Positions 48,132 to 57,260 of a stretch of DNA of 64,000 nucleotides are shown one piece after another. Below the pieces are notes generated by a model. The model did no database searches, was not told where the DNA came from, and saw nothing but the letters and a program-made list of their open reading frames with translations. Positions within the stretch are counted from its first letter, which is position 1, and every line of letters starts with the position of its first letter. The stretch is from positions 440,185-504,184 of the forward strand of contig JBAZKL010000001.1 of the NCBI GenBank assembly GCA_041650835.1. Reading direction: 5' to 3'. The stretch comes from Candidatus Omnitrophota bacterium (lineage in GTDB: Bacteria; Omnitrophota; Gorgyraeia; Gygaellales; Profunditerraquicolaceae). Made by a program: the position numbers and the translations under genes.

Positions 48132-48530
48132 TTATACCCCTTTGATCTGCTGAAGCGCTAATTTCATCCTGACCTCATCCGGTATCGGGCTCGGCTTAAA
48201 GGCCTTATCGATACAAACCAGGAGCGTCCTGGCTTTGGCGATCAGCTGGTTATTCTGATTACGGAGCTCGTTCTCAAACCACATCTTAACACCGGTTATC
48301 TCGGAGACCGAGGTTTTTACCTCCAATATATCCCCGTAAACCGCCGGCAGCTTATAATCGATCTCCTGCCGAGCCACGACAAACAAGATCCCTTGAGCCT
48401 CCAGGTCCTTAATAAACAAGCCTCGCTCCTCAAAATATCCGGTCCGCGCCTCTTCAAGGAACTTCAAATAGTTAGCGTAATAAACAACGCCTCCGCAATC
48501 AGTGTGATGGTAGAAAATCTTTACTTTCAT
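48132..48530 (-). CDS. Acyl-CoA thioesterase, 4HBT/YbgC family (hotdog fold)
   Basis: MKVKIFYHHTDCGGVVYYANYLKFLEEARTGYFEERG carries the YbgC-type catalytic Asp/His context. Confidence 0.75.
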   Translation of the reverse strand: MKVKIFYHHTDCGGVVYYANYLKFLEEARTGYFEERGLFIKDLEAQGILFVVARQEIDYKLPAVYGDILEVKTSVSEITGVKMWFENELRNQNNQLIAKARTLLVCIDKAFKPSPIPDEVRMKLALQQIKGV

Positions 48531-48546
48531 CGTATCAACTCCTTTT

Positions 48547-49695
48547 TTACCCCGATATTCTTTTCATGATAGCGCTGCGCTGTGAATAAGAGATCTTCAT
48601 TTTCTGAACGATGCGCGCAAAAAACTGGATAGTTGAATCATAGGTCTTCAGGTCAACCGGATACGGTGTCGCGTCTTTTCCTCCGTGAGCGAAGGAATAC
48701 CGGGCAGGGTCTTCATGCGAAGCAGGAGCGCCGTAGATCACTTCAGACACCAGCGCCAATGCCCGCATCGTCTTAGGGCCGACCCCTTCAAGCGATAAAA
48801 GTTTCTCGTAATTCTCCGGCTTTCGTTCGCAAACCTTTAAGAGGATCTTCTCCAGATACGCGCTCTTTGAAAAATCTTCCGCTACGACCGGATGCCGGCG
48901 AAATTCCGTATTTTCAAGATTCAGCAACGTTGTCGTAGCGCCCTCTCCGGCAACCGACACCATTTGTGACAGATTCGAAGTATGCTTTCTGATGATCCGG
49001 ATATCTTTCATCAACCCCTGATAACTGCCCTGCACCAGTTCAGTGCTCATCGCGCGGGTCTTCTGGCTGTCTTTAGCGGTAAGGTCCAGAACAGGCACAC
49101 GCACCTGGCTGATAATGCCGGAATGCGGCTCACACACCAGATCAGTGATCTTATTGGAATACCAATGATACCGCCGGGCAGTCTGATTCCCGGTATTCAT
49201 CCCCTGCTGGACAACAGACCAGGTCCCGCCCCGGGAAAAGAAGAAACTATGATGATAGATCTGAAAGCCGTCCTGAACAAGCGCGCTATCTACCTTTGCC
49301 GCCATTTTTGAATTATACACCAGATTATCGACTTTGGGCGTCTGCAGGCTCAGGATATTTCCCCAGTTTTTTATTTCATCGGGGGTCTTACGGGAAGTCT
49401 TTCCTTTACCGCCGCAGATAAAAATACCCAATGTCCTTTCATTACCGCGTATCGCCTCTTTTAAAGCCGCGGTCAGTATCGTCGTTAAACCGGAGGCATT
49501 CCAGTCAAATGCCAGGACCGTCCCCAAAGATTGGAACCAAACAGGATCTGCGATCCTGCGGATGAATTCATCAGGCCCGTATTCCTCGATGATCACTCCC
49601 ATCATCTGCCGCCCCAATGAAACCATCCGCTCAAAAAGCCAGCGGGGGCATTTACCGCTATCTAACGTGAAAGTCGCTATTCCTCGGTGGATCAT
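48547..49695 (-). CDS. Conserved hypothetical protein, DUF763-like
   Basis: 382 aa with an N-terminal ...GKCPRWLFERM... pattern recalled for DUF763-family proteins. No catalytic motif is assignable. Confidence 0.4.
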   Translation of the reverse strand: MIHRGIATFTLDSGKCPRWLFERMVSLGRQMMGVIIEEYGPDEFIRRIADPVWFQSLGTVLAFDWNASGLTTILTAALKEAIRGNERTLGIFICGGKGKTSRKTPDEIKNWGNILSLQTPKVDNLVYNSKMAAKVDSALVQDGFQIYHHSFFFSRGGTWSVVQQGMNTGNQTARRYHWYSNKITDLVCEPHSGIISQVRVPVLDLTAKDSQKTRAMSTELVQGSYQGLMKDIRIIRKHTSNLSQMVSVAGEGATTTLLNLENTEFRRHPVVAEDFSKSAYLEKILLKVCERKPENYEKLLSLEGVGPKTMRALALVSEVIYGAPASHEDPARYSFAHGGKDATPYPVDLKTYDSTIQFFARIVQKMKISYSQRSAIMKRISG

Positions 49696-49898
49696 GGATA
49701 TGAAGTTTAGTGTTACAAAAAAATTTATAAATTACGGGTGCCCCAGCCTCCAGTCGCCAGCGTCCCAGTCACAAGTCTCATGCCTCATATCGCAAATCTA
49801 TAGCTATTTATTGCTATGGACCATGGACCGTAGACTATCGACTACGCGTGTCATGTGACTTGTGTCTTGTGACCTATTTCCCCGGACTTGTCGAAAGC
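49696..49898. repeat. Composite repeat: CCCCAGCCTCCAGTCGCCAGCGTCCCAGTCACAAGTC module plus CTATGGACCATGGACCGTAGACTATCGACTA module plus GTCATGTGACTTGTGTCTTGTGAC
   Basis: It shares modules with 39731-39800 and 43240-43330. It generates the spurious N-terminus (MSCDLCLVT) of the antisense ORF at 49848. Confidence 0.75.
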
Positions 49899-50930
49899 TT
49901 ACTTCTTACTTTTACTTTCTTTTTGTATATATTTCTCCGTGAACGCGATGACCTGGTTCATCATCTCGACTGCCTGCACGGGGTAACGGCCGACCGCGGT
50001 CTCAGCGGAAAGCATCACATAATCCGAGCCGTCGAAAATAGCATTGGCGACATCGCTCACCTCCGCCCTTGTCGGACGGAGATTTTCAACCATGCTTTCA
50101 AGCATCTGAGTGGCGGTTATGACGAATTTACCGGCGCGGTTACATTTTTGAATGAGCTCTTTCTGCCGTACCGGGACCTCATATATCGGCAGCGAAACCC
50201 CCAGGTCGCCGCGGGCGACCATGATCCCGTCGGAAACCTCCAGGATCCCGTCAATATTCTGAATGCCCATGCGGTTCTCGATCTTAGCGATAAGCTTGAT
50301 GCCTTCGCCCGCGCTTCCAGACATGTCCCGCACCCGCGCCATATCAAGCTTCGTGCGCACGAATGACTGCGCGATAAAATCAACCCGGTTTTGCACGCAC
50401 CAAGCGATATTCTCCTTATCTTTCTGCGTAACGCCGGAAAATTCCAGGTTTGCCTCCGGGATATTAACCCCTTTATGGTTCTTAAGCGTGCCTCCCACGA
50501 CAACCTTTGTCTTTAAATATTTACCGCGGCAACTTTGCGCCTGTAAAGCGATAGTCCCGTCATCAATGTATATCGATTGCCCCGGACGGATAACTTTTAG
50601 ATCGCCTTCATAATCAAAAGGAACAGTAAGGGATTCTCCGGTAATTTTTTCTTGAGTCAATAAAACAGTCTGGCCTTTTTTGACCGGCAGGGGCATTTTC
50701 AAGTTACCAAGCCTGATACGATACCCCTCGAGGTCTCCGAGGATCAACAAACGCCTGCGGTATTTCTTATTGATCTCTCTAATTAAAGCAATAAGGCCAT
50801 TTACTTCAGGGATCTTTGCGTGCGAAAAATTCAAACGCAGAACATCCAAGCCAGCAAGCATCATCTGCCTGATAATTTTTCTATTAGCCGAAGCAGGCCC
50901 AAGAGTAGCTATAATTTTAGTTTTTACCAT
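49899..50930 (-). CDS. pyk: Pyruvate kinase, short form lacking the C-terminal regulatory domain
   Basis: [19 protein letters not shown], the K+/Mg2+ site, the [11 protein letters not shown]-like GDLGVSLP motif and EAE...RAE are all present. The protein ends at ~343 aa just after the A-domain, and a stop codon is read directly. Confidence 0.8.
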   Translation of the reverse strand: MVKTKIIATLGPASANRKIIRQMMLAGLDVLRLNFSHAKIPEVNGLIALIREINKKYRRRLLILGDLEGYRIRLGNLKMPLPVKKGQTVLLTQEKITGESLTVPFDYEGDLKVIRPGQSIYIDDGTIALQAQSCRGKYLKTKVVVGGTLKNHKGVNIPEANLEFSGVTQKDKENIAWCVQNRVDFIAQSFVRTKLDMARVRDMSGSAGEGIKLIAKIENRMGIQNIDGILEVSDGIMVARGDLGVSLPIYEVPVRQKELIQKCNRAGKFVITATQMLESMVENLRPTRAEVSDVANAIFDGSDYVMLSAETAVGRYPVQAVEMMNQVIAFTEKYIQKESKSKK

Positions 50931-51029
50931 TTTAACCCCTTTTCACGTATAAAGTTATACTATCACGCCCTTAGAGCAGAGGCAATATATTTCAATTTCT
51001 CACACACTATCTAAAACGGAATCGGAGGA

Positions 51030-51165
51030 ACAAGTTAATAACAAAGTCTAAAGGATAAATAACAAAGGAAGCTTAAAGGTTTAATTTTAAAATTTGACCT
51101 TTAAAATTAAACCTTTTTTTGTTATTTAAACTTTTACCTTTAGAATTAGCTTGTCACTCTTATAT
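51030..51165. repeat. Family A hairpin repeat copy (degenerate right arm)
   Basis: aaataacaaaggaagcttaaaggtttaattttaaaatttgacctttaaaattaaacctttttttgttattta. Confidence 0.7.
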
Positions 51166-51214
51166 TTTTATTACGGGGGTAAATCTTCCGAGCAGGGGGA
51201 GGAACTGACATTCA

Positions 51215-51703
51215 CTACATCTCAGAAACCAAGAATGTTTCTTCAATATAAAATTCCAATCCATTGCTAAAATCGACTGTGGGACTTACTTCTTCAAGGA
51301 CATTCAATTCCTCCAACAATGCTTTATCAAACCGCTCGGAGCTGTTTTTCCGATGGAATTGGACGGAAAACGCCATGATCAAGACTAACAGGGAAACTGC
51401 AGGGACAAAAACAAGAGATTTCACGCGGGAGGCGCCCCAAAACCCCGGTTTATACGCAGGCACCAATACTTCATTAAGTTTATCATCAAGCTCGCCTTGA
51501 AATTTCCGCCAAAATTCTTCAGTAGGATGCGGGACACGCTTGCTCCGGGCGATATCCACGACATTCTTGATTTTCATGAGATTATTCCTGCATCCCGAAC
51601 AAATATCCAAATGTTCTTTGATCTGAGCGTGTTCTACCTCTGAAAGGCTGTTATCAAAATAGTCATATAACTTTCTTTTAATCAATAGGCATCTGATCAT
51701 CAT
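51215..51703 (-). CDS. Putative zinc-finger (zf-HC2) anti-sigma factor, single-pass membrane
   Basis: The N-terminal HxxxCxxC motif (EHAQIKEHLDICSGC), a central TM helix and its position directly downstream of an ECF sigma factor. Confidence 0.6.
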   Translation of the reverse strand: MMIRCLLIKRKLYDYFDNSLSEVEHAQIKEHLDICSGCRNNLMKIKNVVDIARSKRVPHPTEEFWRKFQGELDDKLNEVLVPAYKPGFWGASRVKSLVFVPAVSLLVLIMAFSVQFHRKNSSERFDKALLEELNVLEEVSPTVDFSNGLEFYIEETFLVSEM

Positions 51704-51715
51704 ACACCTCGCTTG

Positions 51716-52297
51716 TTAAGCCGAATGAACGGATAATTTACCCTGCAACGCTCTCACCGCCCTGAAAAGATGCACTTTTACCGTTGACAAACTGCATCCT
51801 ATTGTTTGGGAGATTTCCTGGTTTGACAGGCAATTTTGATGCTTTAAAATAAAACACACTCTCTGTTTTTCAGGTAATTCCCCGATACGCAGGTCTAAAT
51901 GACGAACGAATTCCTGTCCGGACAATACACGGGCCGGTTCATTACGCGTATCGGCGATATCCTGCTCTTGCCCCTCTTCATCAAGCAAGGGCCCCGTAAA
52001 ATGCTTATTCAAGACTTTTTTCTTCCTTAAGAAATCGAGGGAACAATTAGTCAGGATACGGTAAAACCAAGTCGCGAAAGCGGAATCTTCCCTGAAATTC
52101 TTAATATTCCGGTAGACCTTTATAAAAGCATCCTGCAAAACATCCTGGGCGTCTTCAGGATTCCCGACAAGATTATAACAAATAGCAAAACCCTGCTGGC
52201 GGTAGCGTTTGACTAAAACATCAAAAGCAGAGCGTTCGCCCTGCTTGAGACGTAGAATGAGCAGCTTTTCTTCCTGCTTATCCGACTCAGTAAGCAT
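51716..52297 (-). CDS. ECF (sigma-24 type) RNA polymerase sigma factor
   Basis: Sigma70 region 2 (AFDVLVKRYRQQGFAICYNLVGN...DAFIKVY) and a region 4 HTH (LSNQEISQTIGCSLSTVKVHLFRA). Confidence 0.85.
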   Translation of the reverse strand: MLTESDKQEEKLLILRLKQGERSAFDVLVKRYRQQGFAICYNLVGNPEDAQDVLQDAFIKVYRNIKNFREDSAFATWFYRILTNCSLDFLRKKKVLNKHFTGPLLDEEGQEQDIADTRNEPARVLSGQEFVRHLDLRIGELPEKQRVCFILKHQNCLSNQEISQTIGCSLSTVKVHLFRAVRALQGKLSVHSA

Positions 52298-52302
52298 ACC
52301 TT

Positions 52303-53220
52303 TTAAAGGGCCCCTTTCTTATCTTCAGCGCGGCCTTTACCCGCGGCTCCGGGAATCTCACCCCTGTTCTGCCTCATCTTTTCACGCCGCCCGGTCATTT
52401 TCTCTTTCAGCTCAGGATGATCATTCATATATTGCTGAAATTTTTCCGGTTCTTCCCGGCGTAACTGACGCAGCTTCTGCAGCTCTTCCTTCTTTTTCAT
52501 GACCTGCTGATATTTCTCAGGATCCTCGGTTTTCAGCTTTTCCAGGCGGTCCTGCATCTGTTTCTGCCGGGTCTCCATGAGCTTTTTATATTCTTCAGAG
52601 TTTTCTTTTTTCAACATTTCTATTCTTTCTTTGCCTTCCTCTAAACGCTGTTTCAATTGCGGGTGTTCATTTAAGTATTGCTTAAACTTTTCAGGATCTT
52701 TCTGCTGTAATTGGCGTAATTTCCTAACCTCTTCCTGCCTTTTCATGATCTGTTGATATTTCTCAGGATCCTCGGTTTTCAGCTTTTCCAGGCGATCCTG
52801 CATCTGTTTCTGCCGGTTATCCATCAATTCTTTGAATTTCTCCGGGTTTTCTTTCTTAAGCTGTTCTAACCGTTGTAAGCGCCTTTCCCGCATTTCCCGC
52901 ATGACTTTCCTATATCTTTCAGGTTCTTTTTGTTTTAAATCTTCCAGACGTTCTTTGATCTGCTTTTGACGCTCTGACACTACTTGCTTAAACTTCTCCG
53001 GATTTTCCTGTTTTAACTTTAACAACTCCTCTTTATTCATCCCTTTATGCTTACCTTTATCCCATCCTTTATGTAGCCCCTTATCAGCAGAACCCTCATT
53101 TGCTTTTACCGCCGCGGAATTCGCCTCATCTGCATAAGACAAAGCCGGCAACATACACAAAGCCATAATTACCACGCCGAGCGCAACACCGTTTAATTTA
53201 GTATTCATCGTATCCTCCAT
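52303..53220 (-). CDS. Secreted low-complexity K/E/Q-rich coiled-coil repeat protein (possible periplasmic stress protein, first gene of an ECF sigma operon)
   Basis: Signal peptide, then repeated units such as (QKQMQDRLEKLKTEDPEKYQQ[IV]MK..EE..KLRQL...PEKFKQY(L/M)N(E/D)HP(Q/E)LK). An underlying ~240 bp tandem DNA duplication is visible at ~52440-52560 versus ~52680-52800. Confidence 0.5.
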   Translation of the reverse strand: MEDTMNTKLNGVALGVVIMALCMLPALSYADEANSAAVKANEGSADKGLHKGWDKGKHKGMNKEELLKLKQENPEKFKQVVSERQKQIKERLEDLKQKEPERYRKVMREMRERRLQRLEQLKKENPEKFKELMDNRQKQMQDRLEKLKTEDPEKYQQIMKRQEEVRKLRQLQQKDPEKFKQYLNEHPQLKQRLEEGKERIEMLKKENSEEYKKLMETRQKQMQDRLEKLKTEDPEKYQQVMKKKEELQKLRQLRREEPEKFQQYMNDHPELKEKMTGRREKMRQNRGEIPGAAGKGRAEDKKGAL

Positions 53221-53289
53221 TTTTGCCCCTCACCTATATTAGACGATTGAACGGTTAGAAAGGTTTACTGAGCTGCCTCGCATATAAAA

Positions 53290-53435
53290 ACACGGTGTTA
53301 ATTTTAAAGGACAAAGGTTAAAGAACAAAGGAATTCTAAAGGCTTAAGGTTGAAATTTTAAAATTTAACCTTAGAACTTAAACCTTCCTTTGTTATTTAG
53401 ACTTTGGACTTTAAACTTTGTTATCAGCTCACTCT
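53290..53435. repeat. Family A hairpin repeat copy
   Basis: aaagaacaaaggaattctaaaggcttaaggttgaaattttaaaatttaaccttagaacttaaaccttcctttgttatttagactttggacttt. Confidence 0.8.
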
Positions 53436-53534
53436 TTCCTTTTCCTAAATTTCTTAATTAATTATCCTATCACAGCATAAATAGGTAAACAACTATTTTC
53501 AAGGTTGCATTCAGAATCGAATTAGTCTATACTA

Positions 53535-54563
53535 ATGGGTATGAAAAAACCTATTCTTAATATTCTTTTGACCGGCATCATCGGTACCTGCCTTATTGCC
53601 GGCGGCGCGTATTATTACACGCTCAGCAACCCCCGGCATTCTTTCTACCAGGTCGCAAAAGCGCTCAAAACCCATGATATCGAACTATTCAATAAGTATG
53701 TCGATGTTGACGCGGTTATCGATGAATGGGTGCTCTGGGGAAGTGAAAAAGCGAAATCAGACCTCAAACAGATAAAGGGCTCGCACGCCAACCCCATAGA
53801 AGACGGCTTTGTGGAACTGCTTATGCCCAATATGCGTTTAAAGCTTAAAGAAGAATTCAAGAAAACGATCGCTGAAAATATCAGGAATTCAAAAGACGGC
53901 TCGATAGCTTCCGGGATGCCTATCATGAGCATGGTCTTCCTCCCGATAAAAACTGTCAGTGTTCAAGGGACTACAGCGGCAATTTCAGTCGATCACCCCA
54001 GGAGTAACGATGAAATCATCTTCAAAATGCGCCGTGTGCGCCGGCACTTCTGGAGAATATTCAGCATCCAAATACCTTCTTTAATGGAAAGAGAGAGAAA
54101 ATTACCCTTACCCCCGGCGCGTAAAGAAACGGCAGAGGCAGAGCCCGAGGCGCCTAACATCCCCGACACCCCGATCGCCCCGGGGATCACCCTCAACAAA
54201 GAAGCTATGGAAATAACCGTCCATCCCCAAGAAACCTCAAAAGTCGCCCAGGAGCGGGAAGATATCCTGACGAAAACCATACTTTACACCGAATATGCTC
54301 AGGCAATAAAGGATAAAGTCACTCAAACAGTCGCTCAGAATTATAAAGGCGCGGAAACCGGCAAAGTCGCCCTGGAGCTGGTCATTCTATCAAATGGGAA
54401 ATTTAAAGAAGTAAAAATAGTGGAAGAGAAATCAGAGGCAAGCCAGAAATTAAAAGATACAGCACTCAGGTCGGCAAAAAATGCCGCCCCTTACCCGGCG
54501 TTCCCCGAAGCATTGCACTCCAGCGAATTAGGCTTTAGTATCCTCATTGCTTTTGAAAAATAA
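53535..54563 (+). CDS. TonB-like protein (N-terminal TM anchor, Pro/Glu-rich linker, C-terminal TonB_C domain)
   Basis: N-terminal TM helix, a linker (LPLPPARKETAEAEPEAPNIPDTPIAPG) and a C-terminus (GKVALELVILSNGKFKEVKIVEEKS...LGFSILIAF) matching the TonB C-terminal fold. Confidence 0.55.
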   Translation: MGMKKPILNILLTGIIGTCLIAGGAYYYTLSNPRHSFYQVAKALKTHDIELFNKYVDVDAVIDEWVLWGSEKAKSDLKQIKGSHANPIEDGFVELLMPNMRLKLKEEFKKTIAENIRNSKDGSIASGMPIMSMVFLPIKTVSVQGTTAAISVDHPRSNDEIIFKMRRVRRHFWRIFSIQIPSLMERERKLPLPPARKETAEAEPEAPNIPDTPIAPGITLNKEAMEITVHPQETSKVAQEREDILTKTILYTEYAQAIKDKVTQTVAQNYKGAETGKVALELVILSNGKFKEVKIVEEKSEASQKLKDTALRSAKNAAPYPAFPEALHSSELGFSILIAFEK

Positions 54564-54569
54564 CTTTCT

Positions 54570-55220
54570 TTAACGCTGCCGGCTGACTCCCGCTTTCCGG
54601 CAGCTGCGGGCGGCAAGACAACGGCTGCAAAACGGGGACACCGGCACGCAAATGTTCTGCCCGAAAGCAACCAGCAACGTATTAAGCTCGATCCAATATT
54701 TCCGCGGCACTATTTTTTTCAATGCTTCTTCAGTCTCATCCGGATGGCTCGTCTTGACCCAGCCGAGCCGGTTGGAGATCCTGTGCACATGGGTATCGAC
54801 GCAGATAGCGGGGATATGAAACCCTAACCCCAAGACTAAATTCGCGGTCTTTCGGCCTACGCCTTTAAAAGCAAGCAGCTCTTCCAGGCGGGAAGGAACA
54901 GACCCGCCATACTCATTAACGACCTTTCTGCTGGCCTCAAGGATAACTTTCGATTTATTACGATAAAACCCGACCGGATAGATCAATTTCTGCAAGACAG
55001 GCAAATCAAGTTTCAACATATCTTTCGGATTATCCGCGGCCGCGAACAAGCGCTTACTGGCATCAAGAGTCGTCTTGTCTTTGGTTCGCAGGCTCAAGAT
55101 ACAAGAGATCAAAACCAGATAGGGATCATTATGGAAAGACACTTCGGTGACAGAAGGCACCGCGACGCCCTTAATTTGTTTTCGTATCAACCGGATCACG
55201 TTTACAACAGGACTACTCAT
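54570..55220 (-). CDS. nth: Endonuclease III (DNA glycosylase/AP lyase, HhH-GPD with [4Fe-4S] cluster)
   Basis: HhH-GPD motif (LLAFKGVGRKTANLVL ... catalytic K/D) and a C-terminal C-x6-C-x2-C-x5-C (CVPVSPFCSRCLAARSC). Confidence 0.85.
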   Translation of the reverse strand: MSSPVVNVIRLIRKQIKGVAVPSVTEVSFHNDPYLVLISCILSLRTKDKTTLDASKRLFAAADNPKDMLKLDLPVLQKLIYPVGFYRNKSKVILEASRKVVNEYGGSVPSRLEELLAFKGVGRKTANLVLGLGFHIPAICVDTHVHRISNRLGWVKTSHPDETEEALKKIVPRKYWIELNTLLVAFGQNICVPVSPFCSRCLAARSCRKAGVSRQR

Positions 55221-55278
55221 AGGTATTCAAAAGCAGGACAGTGCTTATTCACTCGCACTGTCCTGCTTTGCCCCGATT

Positions 55279-56580
55279 TTAATCTCGTTTAAACAACCTT
55301 TTGACCAGGCCTTTTCCAACCAAAACCGCCACAATAAGGCACACGCCTCCAATAAGGACCATGATCGTATTGGGGAGAGCCTCGACGATAAACTTAAGCG
55401 TTTTTATGGCCGAACGCAGAATACGCTCTTTAAGCTCCTGCCGCATTTCTTTCAAAAGCTTCCCTGAAACTTCAGCCTCACGGAAACGAAGTTCGATAGT
55501 AGTAAATGAAACGGCGTTATGAAGGGATTCCAGTCTGTTCTTGATGCCATTGATCCTTGCCAGCACCGGGGACAACTGCGATTCCAACCTTACGGCTTCG
55601 GGAATGGTCACCTGTCTTTTCTGTAATGTTTCAAGCATTTTGTTATAGACGACCATAGCCGCATCGAGCTGCGATTTAAGATTGGCGTATTCCTGCCGGA
55701 CATCCTGGCTGGAAGTAGAGCTGTTTTGAACTTTGCCCAAAAGGGAGAACTTATCAAGTGCGGCGAGGAATTTATCCCGGGGAATACGCATCGAGATGAC
55801 ACCGGCGTCCCTGCCTTGCTCATCCTTATAGAATTGAGATGAAGCAATATAACCTCCAAGAGAATTACAGAGAGCTATCGCCTCTTTATACGAACGACCG
55901 CCGTCCTCCACTTCCAATTGTATTTGAGCGGTACGGATGATCATATCTCCCTCACCTGTAGCCGGCAAGGCAGGCTGCACCACGATCACCGCTGAATTAG
56001 AATAATCCCCTACTCCCGCCTGTTCAACAGAGCGTTCATTCCACCCCTCTTCGGTCTGACTGCTGGAACGGGTAGGAACGGCCGAATGTAACGGCATTGC
56101 TTTTCCCGGGGAAAGCCTGTCGGAGCGCGTGTAATAGGGTTCATACTCTACAGGCTTGTTCTTTCCTTCATCAAACGCGAACCTTTGTAGACCGGATTGA
56201 TCCCCGACATCATCAGCGGCCTGCCTGAGCCGCCCCTGCAAGCCTCTGTGTGTATACATCTGGCCAAAGAACATAACGATCAAGAGCGTTACCGCCACAC
56301 CCGAAGGAACTAAAATTGATAAAGCGTGCTTCTTCATTTTCACTGCGCCCCTTTCAGTTTCCCGGCGCACAGCTTCTTTGATCACCGCGTTCTGGAAATC
56401 AGCATCAAGGTCAGGGACATGCCAACTTTTGAGCTTTTCGGAAAGCGCCTGCAAACGCGCCAATTCCCTTCCGCACAAAGCGCATTCTTTAAGATGTTTT
56501 TCAATAACCTCTTTTTCTGCGCCTCTTAATTCATTATCCACATACCTGCTGATCTCTTCAAACATAAAGCATTTATTCAT
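55279..56580 (-). CDS. Anti-sigma factor with N-terminal zf-HC2 motif, TM helix and C-terminal DUF4349 domain
   Basis: HLKECALCGRELARL (zf-HC2), a central TM helix, a C-terminal DUF4349-like region and a terminal TM helix. It overlaps the upstream ECF sigma gene by 8 nt. Confidence 0.6.
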   Translation of the reverse strand: MNKCFMFEEISRYVDNELRGAEKEVIEKHLKECALCGRELARLQALSEKLKSWHVPDLDADFQNAVIKEAVRRETERGAVKMKKHALSILVPSGVAVTLLIVMFFGQMYTHRGLQGRLRQAADDVGDQSGLQRFAFDEGKNKPVEYEPYYTRSDRLSPGKAMPLHSAVPTRSSSQTEEGWNERSVEQAGVGDYSNSAVIVVQPALPATGEGDMIIRTAQIQLEVEDGGRSYKEAIALCNSLGGYIASSQFYKDEQGRDAGVISMRIPRDKFLAALDKFSLLGKVQNSSTSSQDVRQEYANLKSQLDAAMVVYNKMLETLQKRQVTIPEAVRLESQLSPVLARINGIKNRLESLHNAVSFTTIELRFREAEVSGKLLKEMRQELKERILRSAIKTLKFIVEALPNTIMVLIGGVCLIVAVLVGKGLVKRLFKRD

Positions 56581-57226
56581 AGGAACCTCCCTTGGATTCC
56601 GCTACATAGGGAAGAAGTTTTATCTTCAAGCTCTGCCGCGCGCGGTAAATAAGTGTTTTCACTGTGCCCAGGGATCGATTTAATATTTTTGATATCTCCT
56701 GGTAATCAAGATTTTGATACTCCCGTAAGATCAAAGCTTCTCTTTGGAGAAAGGGAAGGCTTTGTATGGAGCGCTGCACCAGAGCGGAAAAGTCGCGCTT
56801 TTCAGCCGCAGCGCAAGGAGTTGGATCCGGGCTGGGGAATTCAACGCATTCTTCAGGGCAATCATGTTTTCGCGGCCACAAAACAAACCATTTCTGTTTA
56901 CGCACTCTGCTGATATACACATTATGCGCGATGCAGAACAGCCACGTGCAAAACTTAGCGAGAGGTTTATAATCATCCTTGTGTTGATGTACCCGCAAAA
57001 AAACCTCCTGCGTTATATCCTGAGCTTCAGCGGTGTTCAGGCAAAGCCGGTAGCTAAAATGGTAGACTGGATTTTTATATCGACGCAACAACTCATCCAT
57101 CGCCCCCGGCTCTCCTTTCTGATAACTCAAGATCAATTGCTCATCTGTTAAATGCTGCATATCCCTTGCCTTTGTAGATGTTCGCCCAAACCCTTTCTCC
57201 ATCTTATTAAACGCGCGAGAAAGCAA
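56573..57226 (-). CDS. ECF-type RNA polymerase sigma factor
   Basis: Region 2 (DITQEVFLRVHQH...) and a region 4 HTH (LDYQEISKILNRSLGTVKTLIYRA). The true start may be the internal MQHLTDEQL. Confidence 0.85.
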   Translation of the reverse strand: MLSRAFNKMEKGFGRTSTKARDMQHLTDEQLILSYQKGEPGAMDELLRRYKNPVYHFSYRLCLNTAEAQDITQEVFLRVHQHKDDYKPLAKFCTWLFCIAHNVYISRVRKQKWFVLWPRKHDCPEECVEFPSPDPTPCAAAEKRDFSALVQRSIQSLPFLQREALILREYQNLDYQEISKILNRSLGTVKTLIYRARQSLKIKLLPYVAESKGGSYE

Positions 57227-57260
57227 AAAGTTTCATAATTTTTCTTCATTACATAAAAAG

